NCBI GenBank assembly: GCA_018402235.1
Contig: JAGYJJ010000002.1
Location: 185,251 to 249,250, forward strand
Reading direction: 5' to 3'
Length of the DNA: 64,000 nucleotides
Source: Candidatus Nanopelagicales bacterium
GTDB lineage: Bacteria > Actinomycetota > Actinomycetes > S36-B12
The notes beneath the pieces are model-generated. The model searched no databases. It saw nothing but the letters and a program-made list of their open reading frames with translations, and was not told the origin of the DNA. This document shows, piece after piece, positions 26,853 through 36,238 of this stretch. Made by a program: the position numbers and the translations under genes. The first letter of the stretch is position 1. Each line of letters begins with the position of its first letter.

Positions 26853-27206
26853 ATGGACAAGCAGACGGAGATGGAAATTCATGATCTGCATGCCCGAATT
26901 TGTAAAGCCATCGCTGATCCCAAGCGGTTGCTGATCATTAACGAATTGCGTAATGGTCCGATGACCGTCAACGAGATCGCCGACGCACTGGAGTTGTCGC
27001 AAAGCAACACCAGCCAGCACCTAGCCGTTCTTCGAGATCGCAACGTGCTTCAGGCTGACCGTGAGGGAGCGAACGTCTACTACTCACTTCGCAGCAAAAA
27101 GGTCGTCAAGGCAATCGACTTGTTGCGCGAGTTCATGGCTGAGGAACTGACCGGTGCCACTAAATTGCACAAGGCAGCCGGCCGTCTTGCTGCAGCGCGC
27201 CGATAG
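26853..27206 (+). CDS. ArsR/SmtB family transcriptional regulator
   Basis: Winged HTH region ICKAIADPKRLLIINELRNGPMTVNEIADALELSQSNTSQHLAVLRD. Confidence 0.9.
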   Translation: MDKQTEMEIHDLHARICKAIADPKRLLIINELRNGPMTVNEIADALELSQSNTSQHLAVLRDRNVLQADREGANVYYSLRSKKVVKAIDLLREFMAEELTGATKLHKAAGRLAAARR

Positions 27207-27227
27207 CCCTTGTGGGCGTGCCGAACG

Positions 27228-28405
27228 TTAGGGGCGCGTGACCCAGGGAAGCGGGATCCACGGCACAACCTGACCTGCAGCCACGCCATTTGAGGGGACC
27301 ACCGCCCAACCATCGGCATGCGCAATGCCGCGCAGCATCGCTGAAGACACATGGGTTACCTCTCGAAAACCCCCAAGTTCGCGCCTGCCCACCATCAAAC
27401 GAGTCAGATCCTTTCGCGCGGGCGCAATGGCCTGAGCCATCTGAATCCTCGGTAATTCACGATCGCCCCGCCCCAGCCAGGTGTCGAGCAATGGCGCCGC
27501 CAACGTGACCACGGCCACCAATGCGCTCAGGGGATTGCCGGGCAACCCAACAACGGGCGTGCCCCCGCAGCGCGCAAGCATCATCGGATGACCGGGACGA
27601 ACCGCAACGCCATCAACGAGGAACTCACATCCCGATTCCTGTAGGGCCGAGCGCAGGAAATCTCTGTGCCCGCGAGCAGTCCCACCCGTTGCAATGACTA
27701 CGTCGGCATTCTGAACTGCTGCCTGCAGCGATGAAACGAGGGCTTCGTGATCGTCCGCGACGTTTCGCACTTCGGTTATGACGCCGCCTAGAGCCTGGAT
27801 CCATCCGGGCAACTGAACGCCAAGTGCATCGCGCACCTGACCTGGACCTGGGAGCCCTTCAGTTACCACCTCATCCCCCAACACCAGGACAGCAATGGAG
27901 GGCGGAACGAAAACGTCGACCTCATCCACCCCGACTGATGCCAGGAGTCCGATCAGCGCAGGGTTGAGGACATCACCGCGTATGGCCAGTTGATCCCCAC
28001 GCGCACACTCTTCGCCCTGTGGACGAATGTGCACTTTGTCTGGGATATCAGCCACAACAGTGCTTGCGGCAACCACGCTCGAGACTTCCCACGGGATAAC
28101 GGCCGACGCACCCTCGGGAATCAAGCCCACCGGTTGCGATGCGCATCGCCTGTCCGGCCTGGAGCCCAGAACTCATCGGCGGGAATGCCCGTGTCGATAG
28201 TTCCCACAATCGTCCACGGGCCATCGCCAGCAACTACCCAACCGTCCATGGCAGCGGTTGGGAAACCAGGTAGGTCAACGTGGGCGACTACCTCAGCTGC
28301 AAGCGTTCGACCGACTGCCATCGCGAGAGGCACCTGCTGTGCACGTCCGACTGCCACCGCGCCCAGTGCAATGTCACGCGCGGACCACCAACTGCTTTCA
28401 CCCAT
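27228..28405 (-). pseudogene. moeA: molybdopterin molybdotransferase MoeA, disrupted by two single-nucleotide frameshifts
   Basis: The protein is spread over three frames: ...FPTAAMDGWVVAGDGPWTIVGTIDTGIPADEF | GLQAGQAMRIATGGL | IPEGASAVIPWE...GGTARG...GLPGNPLSA. The junctions are near 28165-28172 and 28120-28125. Confidence 0.7.
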
Positions 28406-28410
28406 CGAAC

Positions 28411-28641
28411 TCACGGGCAAGCCGGGCAAGCAACACTGGCGGTGGTCAACGGATCCGCGCCCAGGGCAACCGCGTAGCCGAGCAGGTAGGTGGAGATGGG
28501 TGCTGCCGGCCGCTCGACTAGGTGGGCGGCATCCTTGGCTACATCCAAGATGACATCGGTATTCGTCGGCGCTGGTACTCCCAGTTCAGCGGTCAGTTGC
28601 CTGATCCATGTCGCCAATCGCTGTGCCTGTTGCTCGTCCAT
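28411..28641 (-). CDS. DUF6457-like small protein commonly found between mobA and moeA in actinobacteria
   Basis: 76-aa ORF in the tightly packed mobA-x-moeA arrangement. The family is recalled, not searched. Confidence 0.5.
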   Translation of the reverse strand: MDEQQAQRLATWIRQLTAELGVPAPTNTDVILDVAKDAAHLVERPAAPISTYLLGYAVALGADPLTTASVACPACP

Positions 28642-28653
28642 GCAACTCCCCGG

Positions 28654-29205
28654 TCATGTCCCGAGTTCCTGTGCCGCGTTGAGAGCGCGCTGGAAGTCAC
28701 CGGGAGTATCGATGTCCAGAAGGCTAACGCCCGATCGAAAATGCACGACGGACGACGCCAGATTTCCAACTAAAGCGTGAAAGGCAATGCCGTTCCAATC
28801 ACTGCGCTCCTCGGCGACCCGCACCAACGCCGTACGCCGATAGACCGCGCACAACCACTGCTGCTTGCCGCTGGGGTCCTCCGGTAACCAGGCTTCGATG
28901 AGGTGATCAGAGGCCTGCGTCTGCCACACATCGAGAACCCGATTCAGGGCGCGCTGAGCGAGCGGCATGTCCACAGCGAGCACGCCTACGAAATCAGCGT
29001 CGATCTCAGGCAGCGTCGAAACAACCGCCGCCGCCGGTCCACCACCCCGCTCGGGTCCCACTGGCGTCACCGGTGCGCCACCATCAACGGCATTCACCGA
29101 CTCCACCGCTCGCTCCACAAGCGATCGACCGTGAAACTCAGTTGACGCTTTGTCTTTGCCGAAGCGCGACGACGCGCCTCCGGTCAAGACGAGCCAGTGG
29201 ATCAC
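28654..29205 (-). CDS. mobA: molybdenum cofactor guanylyltransferase MobA
   Basis: GTG at 29205 overlaps the upstream stop (GTGA). The N-terminal motif LVLTGGASSRFGKDK is present. Confidence 0.8.
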   Translation of the reverse strand: MIHWLVLTGGASSRFGKDKASTEFHGRSLVERAVESVNAVDGGAPVTPVGPERGGGPAAAVVSTLPEIDADFVGVLAVDMPLAQRALNRVLDVWQTQASDHLIEAWLPEDPSGKQQWLCAVYRRTALVRVAEERSDWNGIAFHALVGNLASSVVHFRSGVSLLDIDTPGDFQRALNAAQELGT

Positions 29206-29714
29206 CCGGCTCGTTGAGCGGAGTTCGCCGCGTGTGTCTCGGCCTCTTGGACGATCTGTTGCAGTTGGGTGACTGTTGCGGTGAGCCGACCGTCCCATTC
29301 CCCGGCACGCACATGCCACATCACCGTATCCACGCCTTCTTCCACCGCACTGCGTTGGGATTTCGGACCGTTGGGCCCTAGACGATCCAGGACGCGATCA
29401 GCAGCCGCAAGCCAGTTCTCCGCGATCTGGAGGTGCCCAACTTCCTTGGTGAGTTCGCGCAGTTCAGCACCCGGGTGGGACCGCGTGGGCGTGACCTCGT
29501 TGATCCGAGATTCGGCCTCTGCGACGGCCGCCTGAAGTTCCTTGCGTACCGCCTCGTGGATATGTGATCGCTGGATCCGCGAGCGAAGGTCCTCACATGC
29601 GTGCTTGGCATCGTGCTTTGCCTTGTAGAAGCGGTCTTCGGTGCGATGCGGCTTGTGCTTGGCAGCATCCCGCTCTGCTCGTGTCTTGTCGCGGCCATTC
29701 TCCCGTGGAGGCAT
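29202..29714 (-). CDS. hypothetical basic, helix-rich protein translationally coupled to mobA
   Basis: In-frame ATG at 29714 (MPPRENGRDKTRAERDAAKHKPHR...). No family was recognised. Confidence 0.4.
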   Translation of the reverse strand: MPPRENGRDKTRAERDAAKHKPHRTEDRFYKAKHDAKHACEDLRSRIQRSHIHEAVRKELQAAVAEAESRINEVTPTRSHPGAELRELTKEVGHLQIAENWLAAADRVLDRLGPNGPKSQRSAVEEGVDTVMWHVRAGEWDGRLTATVTQLQQIVQEAETHAANSAQRAG

Positions 29715-29841
29715 CGGGCAACTCCCTTCCCGTGTGCAGCTCACGCCGGCTGACGCAGCTGGGGCGTACGTCCATCCTGGCCTACCTATGCCCCGTCGCG
29801 GAAGGGCTTTGGGCCCAAATCTAGGGACCGACGACCGCGCC

Positions 29842-30753
29842 TTAGGACTTCTCTGGCAACTGAGTACCGATGACATCCATCATGCGCAAGGTGGCCACCA
29901 CTCGCGGAACCTCGTGAACCCGCATAATGCCTACTCCGCCGAGTTTGCCCAGGACTGCAAACACTCCCTCGGCGGTACGGAATTCCTCCTGGAATACATC
30001 GAATGCATGAGGCATGATCTGGCACACCGGGACTCCCAAGGATCGCAGTCGGAAGGAGTGCAGCAGAACCTGCGCCTGATGCTGGGTTTTGCGGATCGGA
30101 TCGACCGTGGATCGGTAGAAGAAGCCCAGCCCTGGATCTACGGCCAAACTGTCCACACCCAGAGAGTGAGCGCGTTCGATGCGCGGCGCGAAATGTTCGA
30201 GCAGCGGTGGAATCGGGTCTGCGTGGATCCGCACCTCGAGGTCATCGCGCACCGTCTGCCCCGGCGTGAAGCACATGACCAGCGATGCCTGGTGCTCAGC
30301 AACTACCCGATAGATCGCTTCTTCGTCTTTGGTGCCCGTCAGGTTCACTACCGAGGCTCCGGCCTGAAGTGCCGCACGCACCACATCGAGTTCATATGAC
30401 TCAACCGATACCGGCACACCGTGCTCGACTAGGGCGACTATGACAGGAACGAGTTGCTCAATCTGCCGGTCGATTCCAGCGCGCGCGGCATCCGCGCGGC
30501 TGGATTCGGCGCCCACATCGATCACATTCGCACCTTGAGCCTGCATGATGAGGGCTCGACGCAATGCGTCGTCGAACGTCGGGGCGATGCTTTCTCGGTA
30601 CGTGGAATCGCGCGAGAGGTTCACCACCCCCATGACCACAGGTTCGAGATCGGTGTCGAAATTCCGATCCGCGATTCGAAACGAGGCGACGGAAGCATCG
30701 AGATCCGATCGATGTTCCTGCGCAAGTTGCATCAGGTCGAGAAGAGTAAGCAC
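29842..30753 (-). CDS. folP: dihydropteroate synthase-family (pterin-binding) protein
   Basis: Contains VMGVVNLSRDS and GANVIDVGAESSR (DHPS signatures). Confidence 0.8.
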   Translation of the reverse strand: MLTLLDLMQLAQEHRSDLDASVASFRIADRNFDTDLEPVVMGVVNLSRDSTYRESIAPTFDDALRRALIMQAQGANVIDVGAESSRADAARAGIDRQIEQLVPVIVALVEHGVPVSVESYELDVVRAALQAGASVVNLTGTKDEEAIYRVVAEHQASLVMCFTPGQTVRDDLEVRIHADPIPPLLEHFAPRIERAHSLGVDSLAVDPGLGFFYRSTVDPIRKTQHQAQVLLHSFRLRSLGVPVCQIMPHAFDVFQEEFRTAEGVFAVLGKLGGVGIMRVHEVPRVVATLRMMDVIGTQLPEKS

Positions 30754-30766
30754 GTTTCGACCCTAA

Positions 30767-31457
30767 CTACCGGACAAATCGGCAGAACACGAAGCCCTCG
30801 TCCACGAACTGATGTGCCAAGGAGAAGCGGGGGTGGGGAGAAGCGATCTCACGCTCGGGGTCTCGAAGGTAACCCGAACCCGCTAACACAGGTGAGATGG
30901 TCACATCCATCTCGTTCACGAGATCGTTGCGCACCATGACATCAAGCAGCGCCTCACCGCCTTCGCAGTTGATGTGATGCTGACCACGCCCGTGCAACCA
31001 CTGCACTAATGCACGCATGTCAACACTGTCATCTCCGAAATGCACGACCTCCGCATGACCGGCGGGCTTCCGCCACTTTTGCTGGATCAACCTCGGTCCC
31101 GGTCGCAACGATCACGGGCAGCGCTGACTCTGAAAACAGCGGTTCCTCCCACGGCAGATCCAATCGCCCGCTCACAATCACCACTTGCGGTGCCGGCGCC
31201 AACCCGGCGGCAAGGCGAGCCTCAAGCCAGGTCGACTTGGTCACCATCGGCTTGTATCTCTCGGCACGGATCGTTCCGGCACCCACCAACACCACGTCAG
31301 CGAGTCGACGTGCTTCCATGAAAACTCGCTTGTCCGCTGCACCAGAGATCGACCCGCTTAGCCCATCGGCCCCGACTGTTGCTCCGTCGAGTGTCATCAC
31401 CATCATCGTGCGCAACCAAGGACCTTCGGGCCATCGATACAAAGAAGCGAGGTCCAC
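30767..31457 (-). pseudogene. RibD C-terminal-domain / pyrimidine reductase-like protein, frameshifted
   Basis: Two ORFs in different frames continue one family: ...VLVGAGTIRAERY...VIVATGTEVDPAKVAEA | AGHAEVVHFGDD...INCEGGEALL. The junction is near 31060-31075. Confidence 0.6.
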
Positions 31458-31489
31458 ATTGGGACCCTAGTCGCGATTACCTACAGCCA

Positions 31490-32191
31490 CTAAACATGGG
31501 CGACGTCTCGGTGCGGGGCTATGCGGCCCGCAGTTCCCAGAACCTGCCATCCATTCCGTAGTGCGATCTGGCGCAGCCTGCGGTTAGCGTTCACGACCGT
31601 TGGGCGCCCCACCAAAACAAGAAGCGGTAGATCGTTGATTGAGTCCGAGAAGGCCGCGCATCGACTCAGGTCGAGATCCTCAACGGCTGCAAGCGCCGAC
31701 ACCGCATCGGCCTTGTTGCGCCCGTGCAAGATGGGACCAGCGAGTTTTCCGGAGTAGACGCCGGCAACCCGCTCTGCTTGAGTGCCCATGGCGCCTGTCA
31801 TGTCAAGTTCCTGGGCGATCCGTTCAGCCAACTCACTCGGGCTAGCTGTCACCAGCCACGTTTGGTGCCCTTCGCGCTGATGCCGTCGAATCTCCGCTGC
31901 TACTACCGGGTTCAAACGTCGGCGCACGATGCCGGGCACTATCTCTTCGCACAGACCCAGCACGTCCGTGATGTTTTGGCCAGCCGCTAACGCCAGGGCC
32001 CTTTGCATCACGTAGTCGCGCCCAGAAACGGACTCGGTTCTAGTTTTCACAAACCGGGCGTTCATTGACGCAAATCGGAACATCTCACTCGAGCTCACTC
32101 GTCCGGTACGCACTAGCCGCCAAGCGAAGGGCAACAAAGACGATCCGCGCACAACGGTGTTGTCGAGGTCGAAGAACGCAGCGATTGCCAT
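31490..32191 (-). CDS. HAD-IB family hydrolase (SerB-like)
   Basis: Contains AAFFDLDNTV (DxDxT) and FSDSINDLPLL. Confidence 0.8.
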   Translation of the reverse strand: MAIAAFFDLDNTVVRGSSLLPFAWRLVRTGRVSSSEMFRFASMNARFVKTRTESVSGRDYVMQRALALAAGQNITDVLGLCEEIVPGIVRRRLNPVVAAEIRRHQREGHQTWLVTASPSELAERIAQELDMTGAMGTQAERVAGVYSGKLAGPILHGRNKADAVSALAAVEDLDLSRCAAFSDSINDLPLLVLVGRPTVVNANRRLRQIALRNGWQVLGTAGRIAPHRDVAHV

Positions 32192-32309
32192 GTATCCGAA
32201 AGTAGATCGATGACGTCGCGCAACTGTCTACGACATCCTCAATCACCGATTGTTCACCTTGGAGTCGAGGACATGTCATGCAGCAGTTGCCTTGATACGA
32301 CCACGCCTG

Positions 32310-33452
32310 GTGAGGCTTGTGGCCGTGCGCGTTGTAATCGTCGCCGAGTCGTTCCTTCCGCGCGTCAATGGCGTGAGTGGGTCGGTTTTGCGCGCATCGC
32401 GCCACTTACTCAGCCAAGGGCATGAAGTGGAGATCATTGCTCCAGCCCCAAGCCCCCACGAAACTCCTGAGGGTGTTCGTGTGCATTCGGTTCGATCGTT
32501 CACCGTTCCAGGCATGGGAATCGACGTGGGTTATGCGTGGACTTCAACAATTCGGGATGTCTTGCGGCATGTGAGGCCCGACATAGTGCACCTCGCATCG
32601 CCACTTGTGCTGGGATACCAGGCGCTGCGCGCAGCAGCAATGGAAGGTATTCCAACCGTAGCGGTCTTCCAAACCGATATTTCCGGATTCGCCCGTCACT
32701 ATCGACTGACAGGCATGGGCGGCCTCAGCGATGCGGTTCTACGGCGCATCCACGCCGATGCCGACCTCACTTTGGTGCCCTCAACAGCATCTAAGGAGTA
32801 CCTCCAAACACTGGGCATCGCTCGCTTGGCTATGTGGGGCCGAGGAGTGGACGCCGAGCAGTTCGATCCACGCCACCGCTCACCTCAGTTACGAACGCGC
32901 TGGCTGTCGCCAAACCCCGATCGCGTGCTCGTCGGATACGTGGGCCGCCTCGCACCCGAGAAACGAGTGGAAGCCCTGCGCGTCATCCAATCCGACCCAC
33001 GAATCCAACTCGTCGTGATCGGCGATGGACCCCAGCGCACCGAGTTGGAGTCACTTCTGCCGCACGCCCACTTCACCGGAATGCTGCGTGGAGCCGAACT
33101 CGGCACCGCCATGGCATCACTGGACATCCTGGTAGCCCCGGGCGAGCGTGAGACGTTCTGTCAGGTAATTCAAGAGGGCATGGCCTCTGGGCTTGCAGTT
33201 GTTGCACCGGACATCGGGGGTCCGCGCGATCTCGTGATCCATGGCGAAGTCGGCTTGCGCTACGCGCCGGGCGACGACGAGCAGTTGCGCAATTGCGTCG
33301 ACGCCTTAGTGCAAAGCCCTGCGGCCCGGGCAGTCATGGGCGCCACCGCCCGAACGATGATTCGAGATCGGACCTGGACCCAGATCGGTGACGATCTGGT
33401 GCACCACTACCGGTCCGTTCTAGGTAACGAGAAGACCCGATTGGCAGCTTGA
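32310..33452 (+). CDS. glycosyltransferase family 4
   Basis: VVIVAESFLPRVNGV at the N-terminus and the E-x7-E region ETFCQVIQEGMASG. The start is uncertain (GTG at 32310, 32319 or 32325). Confidence 0.8.
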   Translation: MRLVAVRVVIVAESFLPRVNGVSGSVLRASRHLLSQGHEVEIIAPAPSPHETPEGVRVHSVRSFTVPGMGIDVGYAWTSTIRDVLRHVRPDIVHLASPLVLGYQALRAAAMEGIPTVAVFQTDISGFARHYRLTGMGGLSDAVLRRIHADADLTLVPSTASKEYLQTLGIARLAMWGRGVDAEQFDPRHRSPQLRTRWLSPNPDRVLVGYVGRLAPEKRVEALRVIQSDPRIQLVVIGDGPQRTELESLLPHAHFTGMLRGAELGTAMASLDILVAPGERETFCQVIQEGMASGLAVVAPDIGGPRDLVIHGEVGLRYAPGDDEQLRNCVDALVQSPAARAVMGATARTMIRDRTWTQIGDDLVHHYRSVLGNEKTRLAA

Positions 33453-34588
33453 TGGCCCGGATCGTGCACCTCGCCAACTTCTTCGGCCCTCGTAGTGGTG
33501 GCTTACGGACGACGATGGTGCGACTCGCAGAGGGATACACCGCCGCTGGTCATGACGTACACCTCGTGGTGCCACATCAGCCCTGTGACTGGCGACCTCA
33601 AACACGTGCACGTGTCCATTCGCTTGCGAGTATCCCGATTCCTCGAAGCGGGGGCTACCGCATCATGCTTTCAACTCGAGATATCAAAAGAACCCTGAAC
33701 GACATTAAGCCCGATGTCATCGAGTTGTCCGATCGATTGACCTTAGTCAGCGCCGCCAAGTGGGCGCGTCAACGCCGTATACCCTGCACGCTGTTCGCCC
33801 ATGAGCGAATTGATGGAGTGTTGTCTGAATATGCGGCGCCTGTACCCGGGCGGCACATCGCCGATCGAATGAACGCGCGCATCGCGAGCGAGGTTGACCA
33901 GATCGTCACCACCACCCGATACGCGGCGGTTGAGTTCGATCGGCTCTCCGTCCCCACCTACTACGTGCCGCTCGGTGTGGACACCGATCACTTTCGACCA
34001 CTCACGCTGATTCCCGAAGCCGACGACACGATCGAGCTCGTTCTGTGCTCACGGCTTTCCCAGGAAAAGCACCCGGAGAAGGCGATTCAGGTGTTGGCGG
34101 CAGGCCACCGGATGGGTCGCAAGTGGCACTTGACAGTGGTAGGAGACGGACCAAAGATGCGCGATCTACGGAAAATGGCACATGGCCTGCCCGTCACCTT
34201 CACCGGCTTCGTCTCGTCGCCTCACCAGGTGGCTGCAATCCTTCAAAGATCCCACGTGGCCCTCGCGCCGGGCCCCATCGAAACGTTCGGGCTAGCGGCA
34301 CTCGAAGCTCTGTCTTGCGGCACACCAGTGGTCTGTAGCAACCGCTCTGCGTTGCCCGAGGTAATCGGGTCAGCAGGCGTTGCCGTTCCAGGCGATGTCG
34401 AAGCGTGGCTGCGAGCCATCGATAGCCTCGCCCACCCCAGTCGACTGTTCGTTCGCAGACTCGCCCGCGAACAGGCCCTTACGATGCCCTGGCAAAGATC
34501 CATCGATCGAATGCTCGCAATCCACGGCTTGAAGTCCTCAACTCATCCTGCCGAGCAGCACCGCAGTTTCGAGCACCAGGCAGCCTGA
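33452..34588 (+). CDS. glycosyltransferase family 4
   Basis: MARIVHLANFFGPRSGG and ETFGLAALEALSCG. The ATG overlaps the upstream TGA. Confidence 0.8.
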   Translation: MARIVHLANFFGPRSGGLRTTMVRLAEGYTAAGHDVHLVVPHQPCDWRPQTRARVHSLASIPIPRSGGYRIMLSTRDIKRTLNDIKPDVIELSDRLTLVSAAKWARQRRIPCTLFAHERIDGVLSEYAAPVPGRHIADRMNARIASEVDQIVTTTRYAAVEFDRLSVPTYYVPLGVDTDHFRPLTLIPEADDTIELVLCSRLSQEKHPEKAIQVLAAGHRMGRKWHLTVVGDGPKMRDLRKMAHGLPVTFTGFVSSPHQVAAILQRSHVALAPGPIETFGLAALEALSCGTPVVCSNRSALPEVIGSAGVAVPGDVEAWLRAIDSLAHPSRLFVRRLAREQALTMPWQRSIDRMLAIHGLKSSTHPAEQHRSFEHQAA

Positions 34589-34589
34589 C

Positions 34590-35492
34590 ATGAGGGATGC
34601 ACTCACCGTTGTAGGACTTGGCGATTCCATCGGATACGGAATCGGCGATTGTGGCCACGACTGGACAGGCCCATCATGGGTAGGCCGATTCGCACACAAC
34701 GTTGGGGCCGGCCGGGTTGTTCACTTGGCCACGCCTGGACAGAGAGCGGCAGACGTACTGAGCGTCCAGGTGCCGGCTGCGCTGACCGCGCGTCCCTCAG
34801 TAGTCCTGATGAGCGTCGGGGGTAACGACCTGCTGAGAGCGGACTTCAATCCCGCCGCGATTTGGCTCCACACAGCGGAAGCCATCACGCGTCTAGTTGA
34901 GGTCGGTGCCACCGTGATCGTTGTGGGCCTTCCCCAGGTGTCCCTTCACGATTTCCTGCCGACCGTGGTGCGAAAGACCATCAACGAACGTGCAGCCTTA
35001 GTGAACAGGGCGCTCTCACGAGCAGTACTCCCGCATGCAAGGTCAGGCATCCGGGGTAGGGCTCACTTCATTGACCTGTGGAGCGATTCCCGCGCATCGC
35101 AGGCAGATCTGTGGCACATCGATCGAATGCATCCCAGTCCACGTGGACATGAGTTCTTGGCGCAACTCGCCCGACGCGCGAGCCGATTGCAACAACGACG
35201 CGCGAGTTTGCCTGTCCGCATAGAGGATCGCTCGAGCTCCAAACTTGTGTGGCTTGTTCGTAACGGAATCCCGTGGCTGCTTCGTCGGTCCGTTGATCTC
35301 ATTCCACAAGCAGCCGTGACCATGGCATTTCATCGCCGACGCATGAGGGGACTCGCGCAGCAACTGGAAGACGCGCTTGGCAATCGCGTTCTGCCGCTGC
35401 GTCACGGCATTGCAGTGAGTCCACCGTCGACGATCAGTTCCTGCCCCGTCATGAAAGACGACGCGTCGCTGGCAAGAAACAGTGCCGCTTGA
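34590..35492 (+). CDS. SGNH/GDSL hydrolase family protein
   Basis: Blocks GLGDSIGYG, SVGGNDL and DRMHPS. The 3' end overlaps the convergent SDR gene by 91 nt, so the C-terminus is questionable. Confidence 0.7.
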   Translation: MRDALTVVGLGDSIGYGIGDCGHDWTGPSWVGRFAHNVGAGRVVHLATPGQRAADVLSVQVPAALTARPSVVLMSVGGNDLLRADFNPAAIWLHTAEAITRLVEVGATVIVVGLPQVSLHDFLPTVVRKTINERAALVNRALSRAVLPHARSGIRGRAHFIDLWSDSRASQADLWHIDRMHPSPRGHEFLAQLARRASRLQQRRASLPVRIEDRSSSKLVWLVRNGIPWLLRRSVDLIPQAAVTMAFHRRRMRGLAQQLEDALGNRVLPLRHGIAVSPPSTISSCPVMKDDASLARNSAA

Positions 35493-36166
35493 GCGATCTC
35501 CTCGCTCTTGCCCCAGCGCGCCATGGGCACACGAGATAAGACTGATGCCTCCGTGTTCTCATCACCGCGCAGGAAATCGGTGAGGTCCGTCTCGATCCAC
35601 CCAGGTACCAGAGCATTCACCCGAACTCCCTGATGGGCAACCTCCACTGCAAGGCTGCGGGTCAGGGACGCGAGTGCTGCTTTCGCTGCTCCGTAGTGGG
35701 ACATCATTGGCGCACCGCGCAGACCAGCCACTGATCCCACGTTGATGATCGCGCCGTGGTCGGACGCAGCCAGGTGCGGAAGGCCCTGCTGGATCAGGCG
35801 CACAGTGGCATCGACATTGAGTGCCATGGTCTTGCCCCAGCCCGATAAACGCATCGATGCCACAGGCACCGAGAAACTGTTACCACCTGCGTTGTTCACC
35901 AATATGTCAAGCCGCCCAAGGGCAGCAACGGTCTCACTCACGAGTCGCTCCGCCGTGGACTCATCGGTAACATCGGCAGCGAAAGCGATCGCCCGACCGC
36001 CATTTGCATTGATGGAGTCGGCAACTTGCTGGATGGCATCCGGAGTTCGGGCGGCAAGTGCGACCGAGCAACCATGGGACGCAAGCTCCTCGGCGATGGC
36101 CCGACCTATGCCTCGCGAAGCCCCGGTGATCAGGGCAACACGCCCCGTCAGATCCTGTCTGTCCAC
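35402..36166 (-). CDS. SDR family oxidoreductase (FabG-like)
   Basis: Contains TGASRGIGRAIA, NNAG and YGAAKAAL. Confidence 0.9.
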   Translation of the reverse strand: MDRQDLTGRVALITGASRGIGRAIAEELASHGCSVALAARTPDAIQQVADSINANGGRAIAFAADVTDESTAERLVSETVAALGRLDILVNNAGGNSFSVPVASMRLSGWGKTMALNVDATVRLIQQGLPHLAASDHGAIINVGSVAGLRGAPMMSHYGAAKAALASLTRSLAVEVAHQGVRVNALVPGWIETDLTDFLRGDENTEASVLSRVPMARWGKSEEIAQAALFLASDASSFMTGQELIVDGGLTAMP

Positions 36167-36238
36167 TCCGACCCCTCACATAGATTGCCGTTGAGACGCT
36201 CAGCATGCCGGATGCATGCAGACCCGCGCAGAGAAATC

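Noticed and set aside
25914-27020. 368-aa minus-strand ORF
   Set aside because: It is antisense to the rhodanese-PDO and ArsR genes, both of which carry clear catalytic and HTH motifs. No motifs are present in this frame.
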